A stretch of 64,000 nucleotides of DNA, from positions 3,460-67,459 of the forward strand of contig CAVCUQ010000005.1 of assembly GCA_963605425.1 (NCBI GenBank), in the 5' to 3' direction. Position 1 is the first letter of the stretch; the number at the start of each line of letters is the position of its first letter. Source of the stretch: an uncultured Eubacteriales bacterium. GTDB lineage: Bacteria > Bacillota_I > Bacilli_A > Acholeplasmatales > Anaeroplasmataceae. Shown here one piece after another: positions 49,163 through 58,259 of the stretch. Under the pieces are notes generated by a model that made no database searches, was not told the DNA's origin, and saw nothing but the letters and a program-made list of their open reading frames with translations. The translations under genes and the position numbers were made by a program.

Positions 49163-50548
49163 ATGTTCGATTGGTTTTGGAACTTCTTATATTCTATTTC
49201 AAAGAATATCTATAGAATTATAGATGGTCTGATGAATGTTGCAAACATGATGTGCGGTATTGATCCTATCACTATAAATCAAGAAGAAACTGATTTAATT
49301 TCATATTTATTCAATTCAAATAACGTGCAGTTTGCATTTAAAGCAACAGCTATAATTGGTTTTATTCTTGTAATATTACTATCGGTTATTGCAATTATTA
49401 GAACTGCAGTTAAAGAGAAGGTTGAAGATACTCCTGGTCAAATTTGTATCAAAGCATTTAAGGCAATTATTACTTTTATGTTTGTACCATTTTTGATGAT
49501 TGTTATTGTAAATTTATGTAATGTATTCATGATTGCCTTATATAAAGCCACTCTTGCAGGAAATACAACATTAGGTGACTTTATGTTTGTATCATTTGCC
49601 CAAGATTCTGATTATGAGGCCGCAAACAATCTAGTTAAAGCATTCCCTAATACACAAGTATGGCTTAATACTGATACTGTAAGATCATATATAGATATAA
49701 CTGAGTACAATTATTTCTTTTCATGGCTTGCAGGTGTTGCAATTTTAGTTAATATTGCATGGAGCTTATTACTATTTGTAGATAGAGCTATTTCCCTTGT
49801 TATTCTTTATATCTTATCTCCTTTATCTATAGCTTCAACAGTTGTAGATGGTGGGGCTAGATTTAAGATGTGGAGAGACCAAACTTTGACTAAGTTTGCA
49901 GTAGGTTATGGTACTATTATTGGACTTAATGTTTATTTACTTGTAATTAATGCGATTATCGGAGTTACATTCTTTGAAAATCAATGGCTTAATATGCTTG
50001 TAAAGATCCTATTTATTGTTGGCGGAGCTCTTTCAATGAAGAAGGCTATGGCTCTAGTTGGAAACCTTGTAACTCAAGGTGGTGGTTCTCAAGAATTAAG
50101 AGAGCAAGCTATGGGACGTGGTGCTTTAATGAAGAGTTTAGGTGGATTTGGTTCTGGAGTTTTATCTGCCGGATTTGGCGGAATGAAGGCTGCCTTACAC
50201 CCAGCAGCTACAGCTAGAAATGTAGGTAGTGCTATTGCAAATAAATTCGGATTTGGCTCTTCAGGTGGTCAAAGCGAAGGAAACAAACAACTTGAGGCTC
50301 AAAATAAAACTAATGAATTATTATCTAGCCTATTAAATGGTAACCATAATAATGCATCAGGTATTGGCGGAGGTTCAAACGCTGTTAAGAATGCTATCCA
50401 AAATAGCTCATCTAATGGCGGAGGAAGCGCTAATAATAACATTGTTAATTCAAACAATGATTTAAATGAAAAGACAAGCCAAGCTATAACTAATTCAAAA
50501 CTTGATTCTAATGATAAAGCAAATCAATCAAACCAAAATAAGAAGTAA
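49163..50548 (+). CDS. polytopic membrane protein, VirB6/TrbL-like, with a G/S/N-rich disordered C-terminal tail
   Basis: 5-6 TM helices, then ~160 aa of low complexity (GGGSQ...GFGSSGGQ...SSNGGGSANNN). Its position between the pilin-like gene and VirB4 matches T4SS synteny. Confidence 0.55.
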   Translation: MFDWFWNFLYSISKNIYRIIDGLMNVANMMCGIDPITINQEETDLISYLFNSNNVQFAFKATAIIGFILVILLSVIAIIRTAVKEKVEDTPGQICIKAFKAIITFMFVPFLMIVIVNLCNVFMIALYKATLAGNTTLGDFMFVSFAQDSDYEAANNLVKAFPNTQVWLNTDTVRSYIDITEYNYFFSWLAGVAILVNIAWSLLLFVDRAISLVILYILSPLSIASTVVDGGARFKMWRDQTLTKFAVGYGTIIGLNVYLLVINAIIGVTFFENQWLNMLVKILFIVGGALSMKKAMALVGNLVTQGGGSQELREQAMGRGALMKSLGGFGSGVLSAGFGGMKAALHPAATARNVGSAIANKFGFGSSGGQSEGNKQLEAQNKTNELLSSLLNGNHNNASGIGGGSNAVKNAIQNSSSNGGGSANNNIVNSNNDLNEKTSQAITNSKLDSNDKANQSNQNKK

Positions 50549-50559
50549 GGAGATAAAAT

Positions 50560-53202
50560 ATGAGAATTATACCAAAAACTGCCAAAGTTAAAATTCAATT
50601 CTTTAGAAATATCTCTATAGTAGATGTTTTAATCGGCATATTTGCCTTACTTCTAATGGTTTTATTATTCCTTACAAATATAGGAATTGCTAAATATTTC
50701 ATAATGGTCGGAATCTTTGCAATAGCTGTATGCTTATTCTTACCATTTGATGGACAAAGATTCTACATGGTATTTGCAAACTATGCTAAATATCTATTCA
50801 CTATTAAGAAATATAATCTGCAAATTAAAGACGCATCTAGTAATGTCTTAAATATCTTACCTTATCGTGATATTAAAGATGGTTATATTGTTTATGAATC
50901 ATATTTTGCAGGAGTAATTGAAATTGACCCACGTGAATTTAGATTACTTTCCGGTTATAAACAAGATGAAATTATTGAACAATATTTTGGTAAGATTATT
51001 AGATCTGTATCAGGTAAGAGTAAAGCATCCCTTGTTAAGATTGATAGACAATTACGTCTTAATAAATATATTAAGCAAGAAGAAGATAAAATTGATAAAC
51101 TAAAAATTTTATTTGACGCTGGCGAAATGAATGAAAAAGAATTATTTGAAAGAACTAGAATCATTCAAGATAGAATTGAAATTTATAAGAATCTAGATGA
51201 AAATCAAGTAATTAAAAAACCTTACTATTATTTTGTAATATATGATAGTGAAAAGAATGTTATTGATGAAGTCTTAAATGAAGCTGTTTCAACATTTTTA
51301 GATGCTGGAATGACTTCTCATAGATTATCAAATAAAGAACTTGCAGTATTCTTAAAGCATAACTATCAAGAAGACTTCAATGAAGATGATGTAGACTTAC
51401 TTTCAGAAGATGAACTATTAAATTGGGTTATTCCTCATGATGTAAGTTTTACAACTAATAATACTTATGTAGATGGAGTTAAAACTTATAACTTTACAGT
51501 AAAAGGTTATCCTCTATATGTATTAAATGCTTGGGGATATAAAATGTTCAACTTAGATCATACTAAGGTTGTAATGAACATTGAACCATATGAGAAGAAT
51601 AAAGCGGTTAAGATGATAGATAGATCTATTCAAGAACTTGTATCTCAAAGTGAACAATCATATCGTGCTTCATCTTTAATTAGTAAACAAACTCACATTG
51701 ATACACTTGTAGATTTAATGCGTAGACTTCAAAATGATAATGAAACTTTATTTAAGGTAACTATTCATATTTGTTTATATGAACAACCTAATACTAATGG
51801 TAAAGCCTTAAAGAAGAATTTAAAGAGTAGCCTTTCAGAAGATGGATTTGAACTTGTTGAAAATTATGCTAGACAAAATAAAGCATTCGTTTCATCTAAT
51901 CTATCCAAATATGATGCATTTGAAGAGTATTCAAGATCTATTCATTCAACAAGTGTAGCAGCTGTATTCCCATTCGTCTTATCAACTGTAATGGATGATA
52001 AGGGAGATATAATCGGTGTAAATAAGGGTTACCCTGTAATTATTGATTTCTTTGCTAGAAATAGTGAACGTGTTAACTCAAATATGGTTATTATTGGTAA
52101 ATCAGGTTCAGGTAAATCTTATGCAACAAAGACTATTTTGTCACAACTTGCTAGTGAGAACTCTAAAATATTTATTCTAGACCCTGAAGATGAATACAAA
52201 TATTTATCTGATTCACTAGGTGGTAAAACAATTGATGTTGGTACAGCTACAAGTGGTAGATTAAATCCATTCCATATCATTACAACTCTAGAAGCTGATG
52301 AAGGAAATGGAGCTGTAAACAACTTTGGTATTCACCTTCAATTCCTAGAAGAATTCTTTAAGGTAATCCTTGAAGGAATCTCTAGTGAACCTCTTGAATA
52401 TTTAAATAATTTAATTATTGAATTATATCATTCTAAAAATATTGATTCACACACAGACCTTTCAACTTTAAATGCCGAAGATTATCCTATCTTTGATGAT
52501 TTATATGATTTAGTAGAAGAAAGACTTGAAGAAGCTGATAGTGAATATGATATTAAGAATTTAAGAATCATCTTAAATTATGTTGCAAAATTCTCAAAAG
52601 AAGGAAGAAATGCACTTCTTTGGAATGGTCCATCTAGTCTTTCTGTAGATGAAAACTTTGCGGTATTCAACTTTAGAAGTTTACTTGCAAATAAGAATGG
52701 TACTATTGCAAATGCGCAAATGTTACTTATCTTAAAGTGGCTTGATAATGAAATTATTAAGAATAGAGACTTTAATTTAAAATATAAGACCGATAGAAAA
52801 ATTATTGTTGTAATTGATGAGGCCCATGTCTTCATTGATGAAAAATATCCTATTGCCTTAGACTTTATGTATAATCTTGCAAAACGTATCAGAAAATATA
52901 ATGGTATGCAAATTGTTATCACTCAAAATATTAAAGATTTCGTTGGTAGCCAAGAACTTGCAAGAAAATCTACAGCCATTATTAATGCTTGTCAATATTC
53001 ATTTATTTTCTCACTAGCTCCAAATGATATGGATGACTTATGTACTCTATATGATAAAGCTGGTAAGATTAATGAAATTGAACAAGATCAAATTATTAAT
53101 AACCCTCGTGGTCACGCCTTTATTATTACGGGACCTAGTTCAAGAAATAATATTGAGATAGTAGCTAGCGAGCGTGTTAGAAAATTATTCGAAGAAAAAT
53201 AA
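50560..53202 (+). CDS. VirB4-family T4SS ATPase with an N-terminal VirB3-like two-TM module
   Basis: Walker A GKSGSGKSY, then FILDPEDEY, GRLNPFHI, Walker B IVVIDEAHVF and RKYNGMQIVITQNIKDF. The N-terminal hydrophobic hairpin spans aa 20-62. Confidence 0.85.
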   Translation: MRIIPKTAKVKIQFFRNISIVDVLIGIFALLLMVLLFLTNIGIAKYFIMVGIFAIAVCLFLPFDGQRFYMVFANYAKYLFTIKKYNLQIKDASSNVLNILPYRDIKDGYIVYESYFAGVIEIDPREFRLLSGYKQDEIIEQYFGKIIRSVSGKSKASLVKIDRQLRLNKYIKQEEDKIDKLKILFDAGEMNEKELFERTRIIQDRIEIYKNLDENQVIKKPYYYFVIYDSEKNVIDEVLNEAVSTFLDAGMTSHRLSNKELAVFLKHNYQEDFNEDDVDLLSEDELLNWVIPHDVSFTTNNTYVDGVKTYNFTVKGYPLYVLNAWGYKMFNLDHTKVVMNIEPYEKNKAVKMIDRSIQELVSQSEQSYRASSLISKQTHIDTLVDLMRRLQNDNETLFKVTIHICLYEQPNTNGKALKKNLKSSLSEDGFELVENYARQNKAFVSSNLSKYDAFEEYSRSIHSTSVAAVFPFVLSTVMDDKGDIIGVNKGYPVIIDFFARNSERVNSNMVIIGKSGSGKSYATKTILSQLASENSKIFILDPEDEYKYLSDSLGGKTIDVGTATSGRLNPFHIITTLEADEGNGAVNNFGIHLQFLEEFFKVILEGISSEPLEYLNNLIIELYHSKNIDSHTDLSTLNAEDYPIFDDLYDLVEERLEEADSEYDIKNLRIILNYVAKFSKEGRNALLWNGPSSLSVDENFAVFNFRSLLANKNGTIANAQMLLILKWLDNEIIKNRDFNLKYKTDRKIIVVIDEAHVFIDEKYPIALDFMYNLAKRIRKYNGMQIVITQNIKDFVGSQELARKSTAIINACQYSFIFSLAPNDMDDLCTLYDKAGKINEIEQDQIINNPRGHAFIITGPSSRNNIEIVASERVRKLFEEK

Positions 53203-53278
53203 TATTATTTGCTATACTAATCCCATAATTCTCACATTATTTAGTTCTATAATGTAGGCATAAATGAAGGTGAAAGTC

Positions 53279-53500
53279 ATGAATAAAAGATTAGTATTAA
53301 TTCCAGTAAGTTTGCTTGGCATTATGCTTACCTATAAAATGCCACATATAGATCAGATAGAATATAAGAGTGAAAACAACCTTGAAGAGGTAAGTGCTTC
53401 TTGGGATAACAGTATTCAACTTAATTATTTAGAGAATTATAATAAAGCAAGCCAAATTGAAAGCACAAATTTATTAATTGAAAATAAGGAGAACGACTAA
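53279..53500 (+). CDS. small secreted or membrane-anchored protein (73 aa)
   Basis: TATAAT at 53248-53253, AAGGTGA RBS, N-terminal hydrophobic segment LVLIPVSLLGIMLTY, terminator immediately after. Confidence 0.45.
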   Translation: MNKRLVLIPVSLLGIMLTYKMPHIDQIEYKSENNLEEVSASWDNSIQLNYLENYNKASQIESTNLLIENKEND

Positions 53501-53518
53501 ACGTTCTCTTTGTTTTTA
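53489..53518 (+). terminator. intrinsic terminator at the end of the island
   Basis: GAGAACG/CGTTCTC stem followed by TTTGTTTTT. Confidence 0.6.
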
Positions 53519-53564
53519 ATTTGTGATTATTTTTTATTATAGTTATAAAGATTTATTTAAATTT

Positions 53565-53598
53565 AAAAAAGAGGTTTAGCCATTTAGGGCTAGACCTC
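53565..53598 (-). terminator. intrinsic terminator of clpB
   Basis: 11-bp stem GAGGTCTAGCC/GGCTAAACCTC on the minus strand followed by TTTTTT. Confidence 0.75.
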
Positions 53599-53606
53599 AG
53601 TTATTA

Positions 53607-55724
53607 TTATTTTTCGAATATCTTAAATTCATCTCTTTGAACATCAAGAGCATATTCTACATTTGGCTTGATATTACCAGCTACAATCTCACGGGCAATA
53701 TAAGTTTCAATATTCTTTTGAATATATCTTCTAATAGGTCTTGCACCATAAGTTATATCAAAGGCTTGAGATAATATATATTCCTTTACTTGATCAGTGA
53801 AGAAGATATGTACATTCTCGGCTACAAGTCTTGCATTTAATTCTTGTAACATCTTAGATACAATCTTGTATTGAACATCTTTACCTAATGTATTGAACAC
53901 AATGATTTCATCGATTCTGTTTAAGAATTCAGGTTTGAAGTAACCACTAGATTTAACCATATTAATTACATCATCTTTAGATTTACCTTCAAGAAGAAGT
54001 TCTGAACCTAAGTTAGATGTCATAATAATGATTGTATTCTTAAAGTCTACAACTTTACCTTGACCATCAGTTAAACGACCATCATCAAGTAATTGAAGAA
54101 GAACATTGAATACATCTCTATGTGCTTTTTCGATTTCATCAAATAGAATGATACAATAAGGATTACGTCTTACAGCTTCAGTTAATTGACCACCTTCATC
54201 GTATCCTACATATCCAGGAGGAGCTCCAATTAATTTAGCGACTGAATGTGGCTCCATATATTCACTCATATCTATACGCACAATATGCTTTTCTGAGTCA
54301 AATAATTGTTCAGCTAAAGCTTTTGCAAGTTCTGTTTTACCTACACCAGTAGGTCCTAAGAACATGAATGAACCAATAGGTCTATTTGCATCATTAATAC
54401 CAGCTCTTTGTCTGATAATTGCATCACTAACTTCTTTAATAGCCTCATCTTGACCGATTACTCTGTAAGATAAGTTTTCTGCTAGGTTAAGAACTTTCTC
54501 TCTTTCACCTTGAACTAGTTTAGCTACAGGAATGTTAGTCCACTTAGATACGATTTGAGCTACATCGTTTTCGGTTACAGTTTCAGTTAACATATTTCCT
54601 TCTTTAGAAGAATTCTCAAAGTCTGTGATTTCTTTTTCAAGAGCAGGAATAGTTTGATATTGTAATTCACTAGCTTTCTTATAGTTTCCTTCAGAATAAG
54701 CCATTTCAAGTTCATGCTTTAAACTAGTAAGTTTATTTTTCTTTAATTTAAAGTTTTCAAGATCTGTCTTTTCTTTAGTCCACTCATCTTTTAATTCCTT
54801 TTCTTTTGCAAGAAGAGTATTAAGCTCAGTATCTAGGTCCTCTAAACGTTTCTTAGAAACTGGATCAGTTTCATTCTTTAAAGAGATTTGTTCAATCTTA
54901 ATTTGAGTAATACGTCTTTCTGTGTTATCAAGTTCAACTGGCATTGAATCAAGGTCTAGACGAACAGAAGCACAAGCTTCATCAATTAAGTCTATTGCTT
55001 TATCCGGTAAGAATCTATCTGTAATATATCTATTTGAAAGAAGTGCTGCTTGAACAATTGCATTGTCCTTAATATGAACACCATGATGAATTTCAAATGA
55101 TTCCTTTATACCACGAAGTATTGAAATTGTATCTTCAACAGATGGCTCAGCTACAAGAACCTTTTGGAATCTTCTTTCTAGAGCTGCATCTTTTTCGATA
55201 TATTTCTTATATTCGTTTAATGTAGTAGCACCAATACAGTGTAATTCACCACGAGCTAGCATTGGTTTTAAGATGTTTCCAGCATCCATAGCACCATCAG
55301 TCTTACCAGCTCCTACAATTAAATGTATTTCATCAATGAAAAGTATAATCTTTCCATCAGATTCAGTAATCTTCTTAAGTACGGCTTTTAATCTTTGTTC
55401 AAATTCACCTCTATACATTGCACCTGCGACAAGGCTAGCCATATCAAGTTCAAAGATTTCCTTTCCTTTTAATGAATCAGGTACATCACCTGAAACAATA
55501 CGACGTGCAAGTCCTTCAACTACGGCTGTTTTACCTACACCAGGTTCACCAATTAATACTGGATTATTTTTTGTTTTTCTTGTTAATATTTTAACTATAC
55601 GTCTGATTTCTTCGTCTCTACCAATAACAGGGTCAATTTTACCTTGCTTTGCTAGTTCAACTAGATTTCTTCCGTATTTTTCTAAGATGTTTTCATCTTG
55701 TTCATAATTTGGTTGTTGCATCAT
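53607..55724 (-). CDS. clpB: ATP-dependent chaperone ClpB, short form lacking the N-terminal domain
   Basis: Two AAA+ modules (GEPGVGKTA and GPTGVGKTE Walker A; ILFIDEIH and [11 protein letters not shown]alker B) flank a ~125-aa coiled-coil M-domain. The ATG at 55724 is the likely start; the track start is a GTG at 55733. Confidence 0.9.
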   Translation of the reverse strand: MMQQPNYEQDENILEKYGRNLVELAKQGKIDPVIGRDEEIRRIVKILTRKTKNNPVLIGEPGVGKTAVVEGLARRIVSGDVPDSLKGKEIFELDMASLVAGAMYRGEFEQRLKAVLKKITESDGKIILFIDEIHLIVGAGKTDGAMDAGNILKPMLARGELHCIGATTLNEYKKYIEKDAALERRFQKVLVAEPSVEDTISILRGIKESFEIHHGVHIKDNAIVQAALLSNRYITDRFLPDKAIDLIDEACASVRLDLDSMPVELDNTERRITQIKIEQISLKNETDPVSKKRLEDLDTELNTLLAKEKELKDEWTKEKTDLENFKLKKNKLTSLKHELEMAYSEGNYKKASELQYQTIPALEKEITDFENSSKEGNMLTETVTENDVAQIVSKWTNIPVAKLVQGEREKVLNLAENLSYRVIGQDEAIKEVSDAIIRQRAGINDANRPIGSFMFLGPTGVGKTELAKALAEQLFDSEKHIVRIDMSEYMEPHSVAKLIGAPPGYVGYDEGGQLTEAVRRNPYCIILFDEIEKAHRDVFNVLLQLLDDGRLTDGQGKVVDFKNTIIIMTSNLGSELLLEGKSKDDVINMVKSSGYFKPEFLNRIDEIIVFNTLGKDVQYKIVSKMLQELNARLVAENVHIFFTDQVKEYILSQAFDITYGARPIRRYIQKNIETYIAREIVAGNIKPNVEYALDVQRDEFKIFEK

Positions 55725-55764
55725 ATAGATCACCCACTTTCCAATTAATATTATAGTCTTATTT

Positions 55765-55791
55765 TTGGCACTGTCAAGTATTGAGTGCCAA
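55765..55791. promoter_or_regulatory. CIRCE-like inverted repeat (HrcA operator variant)
   Basis: TTGGCACTG-N9-GAGTGCCAA compared with the consensus TTAGCACTC-N9-GAGTGCTAA. It lies just upstream of a minus-strand TATAAT (55750-55755) for clpB. Confidence 0.7.
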
Positions 55792-55814
55792 AAGATTTTA
55801 AAATTATTTTTTAA

Positions 55815-55844
55815 TTGACTTTATATGCCCTTATTTGATATAAT
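55815..55844 (+). promoter_or_regulatory. sigma-70-type promoter with extended -10
   Basis: TTGACT-N18-TATAAT, with TG two nt upstream of the -10 (TGATATAAT). Confidence 0.6.
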
Positions 55845-55859
55845 TGCAAATGATTTGCA
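55845..55859. promoter_or_regulatory. 7-1-7 palindromic operator (Fur-family type, Zur-like candidate)
   Basis: TGCAAAT-G-ATTTGCA directly abuts the -10, upstream of a ZnuA/TroA-like metal-binding lipoprotein gene. Confidence 0.5.
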
Positions 55860-55873
55860 TTTAGAGGTGAATT

Positions 55874-56716
55874 ATGAAGAAATTATTTATTAGCTTATTA
55901 AGCATTATATTTATATTATTATCTTGTGCGTCTTGTACTAAAAGTGAAAGTTCAGATATAGTAGTATCTTTTTATGCCTTAAGGGAACTAACTGAAAATC
56001 TTGTTAAGGATACTGATTTAAAAGTTGATACATTAATTAGCGGCACAAGTGAACCACATGATTTTGAGATTAGTGCTAGAGGAGTTCAAAAACTATATGA
56101 TAGTAAACTAATTATATTTAATGGTTATAATCTAGAAGAATTTGAAAGTTCTTTAGATGGTGAGCTTAAGTCTAAGGTATTACATGCGTCAAAAGATGTT
56201 GAAGCTGTTTATGTAAATAAGACAGAAGACCCTCATACTTTTGCTAGTCCTAAATCTTTAAAGATTATGCTTAATACCATTAAAGAATCTTTAATAGAAA
56301 CTTTTAGTGATAAGAAAGATACAATCATCCTAAATTATAATACTTATTATAATCTTTTAGATGAAGTAGATACTCTTTATACCAATTTCTTTGAAACAAC
56401 AAATAAAAAGATAATTACAGGTCATGAAGCATTTAATTATGTTTCAAGAGACTATAATTATGAATTTAAAGCAGTAAATGGTATTAATGAAGAAGAACCT
56501 ACAGCTAAAAAGATTGAAGAAATACAAAATTATATTAAAGATAATAATATAAACACTATATATGGTGAAGAATTTGAAGAAAATGAAACAATCGAAAATA
56601 TTGCAAGAGAGTGTAATATAAAGACAGAAAATCTATATACTCTAGAAATGATGTCTGAAAATGGACTATCTCTAATAGAAGCACTTAAAAATAATATTAA
56701 TATACTAAAAAAGTAA
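55874..56716 (+). CDS. metal (Zn/Mn) ABC transporter substrate-binding lipoprotein, ZnuA/TroA family
   Basis: Lipobox LLSCASC with motifs SEPHDFE, EDPHTF and GHEAFNYVSRDY. No permease or ATPase gene is adjacent. Confidence 0.75.
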   Translation: MKKLFISLLSIIFILLSCASCTKSESSDIVVSFYALRELTENLVKDTDLKVDTLISGTSEPHDFEISARGVQKLYDSKLIIFNGYNLEEFESSLDGELKSKVLHASKDVEAVYVNKTEDPHTFASPKSLKIMLNTIKESLIETFSDKKDTIILNYNTYYNLLDEVDTLYTNFFETTNKKIITGHEAFNYVSRDYNYEFKAVNGINEEEPTAKKIEEIQNYIKDNNINTIYGEEFEENETIENIARECNIKTENLYTLEMMSENGLSLIEALKNNINILKK

Positions 56717-56770
56717 TTATATGATATTTAAATTTGTGGTATACTAATAGAGAATATAGGAGTTATTTAT

Positions 56771-58258
56771 ATGATATATATAGTTGGAGATTCTACTGTT
56801 GCACAATTTAATGAAGTTTATTACTATCATCGCTACGGTTGGGGTACAATGCTTTATAATTATTTTAAAGATGGTACTGAGTTTTTAAATTTAGCTCTTT
56901 CTGGTCGTAGTTCTTTAAGTTTTACTAGAGAAAATAATTATAATAAGTTTAAAGATGGTATTAAAGAAGGAGACTTTGTATTTATAGGATTTGGTCATAA
57001 CGATGAAAAAGACGATGACCCAAAAAGATATACAAATCCTACTGGTTCTATTAATGATGAAGGTTCATTTAAATATGTTTTATATAACTATTATATAAAG
57101 GTTGCAAAATTAAAAGGTGCTACACCTATTTTATGTACACCTATTGCACGTTTAGATGATAGAAATATCTATGACGGTAAGTTTGCTCATATAACAGATA
57201 ATGGTGATTACCGCAAATGTATAATTTCTCTTGCAAAAGAAGAAAATATTGATTATGTAGACTTAACTAGTTTTAGTGTGGAGCTAAATAAAGAAGAAGG
57301 ATATTGCCTTTCTTGTTTAAGACATGCAATTACTAAAGGTAAGATGCAAGACGGCAAACTTGTTCCTGATTTGGGTACAGTTGATTCAACTCACATTAAT
57401 ATATATGGAGCTAAAGTTTATGCTTATTACATAGCTAAAACCTTAAAAGAATCTAATTCAAGTATTAAAAATTTAATTAAAGATGATTTAGTAAAACCTA
57501 CTTTAGAAAAAGATTTAGTTAAAGATAGTGATTATGTATATGTACCTTATATATCACCTGACTTTTCAAATTATAAAGCACCAGCTTGGTTTAAAGGTGA
57601 CAGCGAGTTTGTAGGTACTGCCTTTGGTGACACTGGAAGAGGAACATTTGATGATTCTAATGGATATTTTGCCTATAAAGAAAATAATAAATTCTATGTA
57701 GGACAAATTCTTAAAAATGATGGTAAGTATACACCACTTGGAAAGATTAGTCTAAATTCTGAAGGATGTGCTCAAATAGCTAAAAAGATAGATATTAACC
57801 GTAATTTCTATGCTAAAGTAAAAGCTAAAATTATTGATATGTCACAAGAATTTGAACAAGGATTTGGTTTAGCCTTAAGAGATGATTATTATTTAGGATT
57901 AAAGATTACAGATAAGACAATTAAGTCTAATTATGTAGCTTCAAGCCTTCTTGTAACTCAATCTCATCTTGTTTCTAATCATTCTCGAGAAAATGGTATT
58001 TTAAAGCCATCAGATAATAGTGTAGATGGTTTCTATAATACTCTTGATACGGCTGAGTTTTCTATCTATCGTTTAGGACAAGTTGTAGAGGTTAAGACTG
58101 TATTTAAAGGCATCGTATACGAAACAACATATACTGATTTTGATTTCCAAAAGATTGATAAGGATTATTTTTATTTAACAATGTTTTCAGCTAAGTCAAT
58201 TAAAATTGAATTTAGCGATTTTGAATTTGAAGATCGTGGTTTAGCCCAAGGAGCTTAA
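56771..58258 (+). CDS. SGNH/GDSL hydrolase (rhamnogalacturonan-acetylesterase-like) fused to a ~250-aa C-terminal beta-rich domain
   Basis: Blocks IYIVGDSTV, LSGRSS, GFGHND and DSTHIN. No signal peptide. Confidence 0.7.
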   Translation: MIYIVGDSTVAQFNEVYYYHRYGWGTMLYNYFKDGTEFLNLALSGRSSLSFTRENNYNKFKDGIKEGDFVFIGFGHNDEKDDDPKRYTNPTGSINDEGSFKYVLYNYYIKVAKLKGATPILCTPIARLDDRNIYDGKFAHITDNGDYRKCIISLAKEENIDYVDLTSFSVELNKEEGYCLSCLRHAITKGKMQDGKLVPDLGTVDSTHINIYGAKVYAYYIAKTLKESNSSIKNLIKDDLVKPTLEKDLVKDSDYVYVPYISPDFSNYKAPAWFKGDSEFVGTAFGDTGRGTFDDSNGYFAYKENNKFYVGQILKNDGKYTPLGKISLNSEGCAQIAKKIDINRNFYAKVKAKIIDMSQEFEQGFGLALRDDYYLGLKITDKTIKSNYVASSLLVTQSHLVSNHSRENGILKPSDNSVDGFYNTLDTAEFSIYRLGQVVEVKTVFKGIVYETTYTDFDFQKIDKDYFYLTMFSAKSIKIEFSDFEFEDRGLAQGA

Positions 58259-58259
58259 T

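Larger units (their letters stand above)
29079..53520 (+). mobile_element. candidate genomic island carrying a T4SS module; boundaries unproven and no recombinase seen
   Basis: Starts at the tRNA-Glu 3' end and ends at the terminator before clpB. Content is entirely hypothetical, surface or T4SS genes. No flanking direct repeat was found. Confidence 0.3.

Noticed and set aside
53494-53501. An 8-nt match (CGACTAAA) to the 3' end of tRNA-Glu, considered as a possible attR direct repeat of an integrated element.
   Set aside because: It is too short to be significant in AT-rich DNA, and it is part of the loop and stem of an ordinary terminator hairpin. No longer repeat of the tRNA 3' end was seen by eye.
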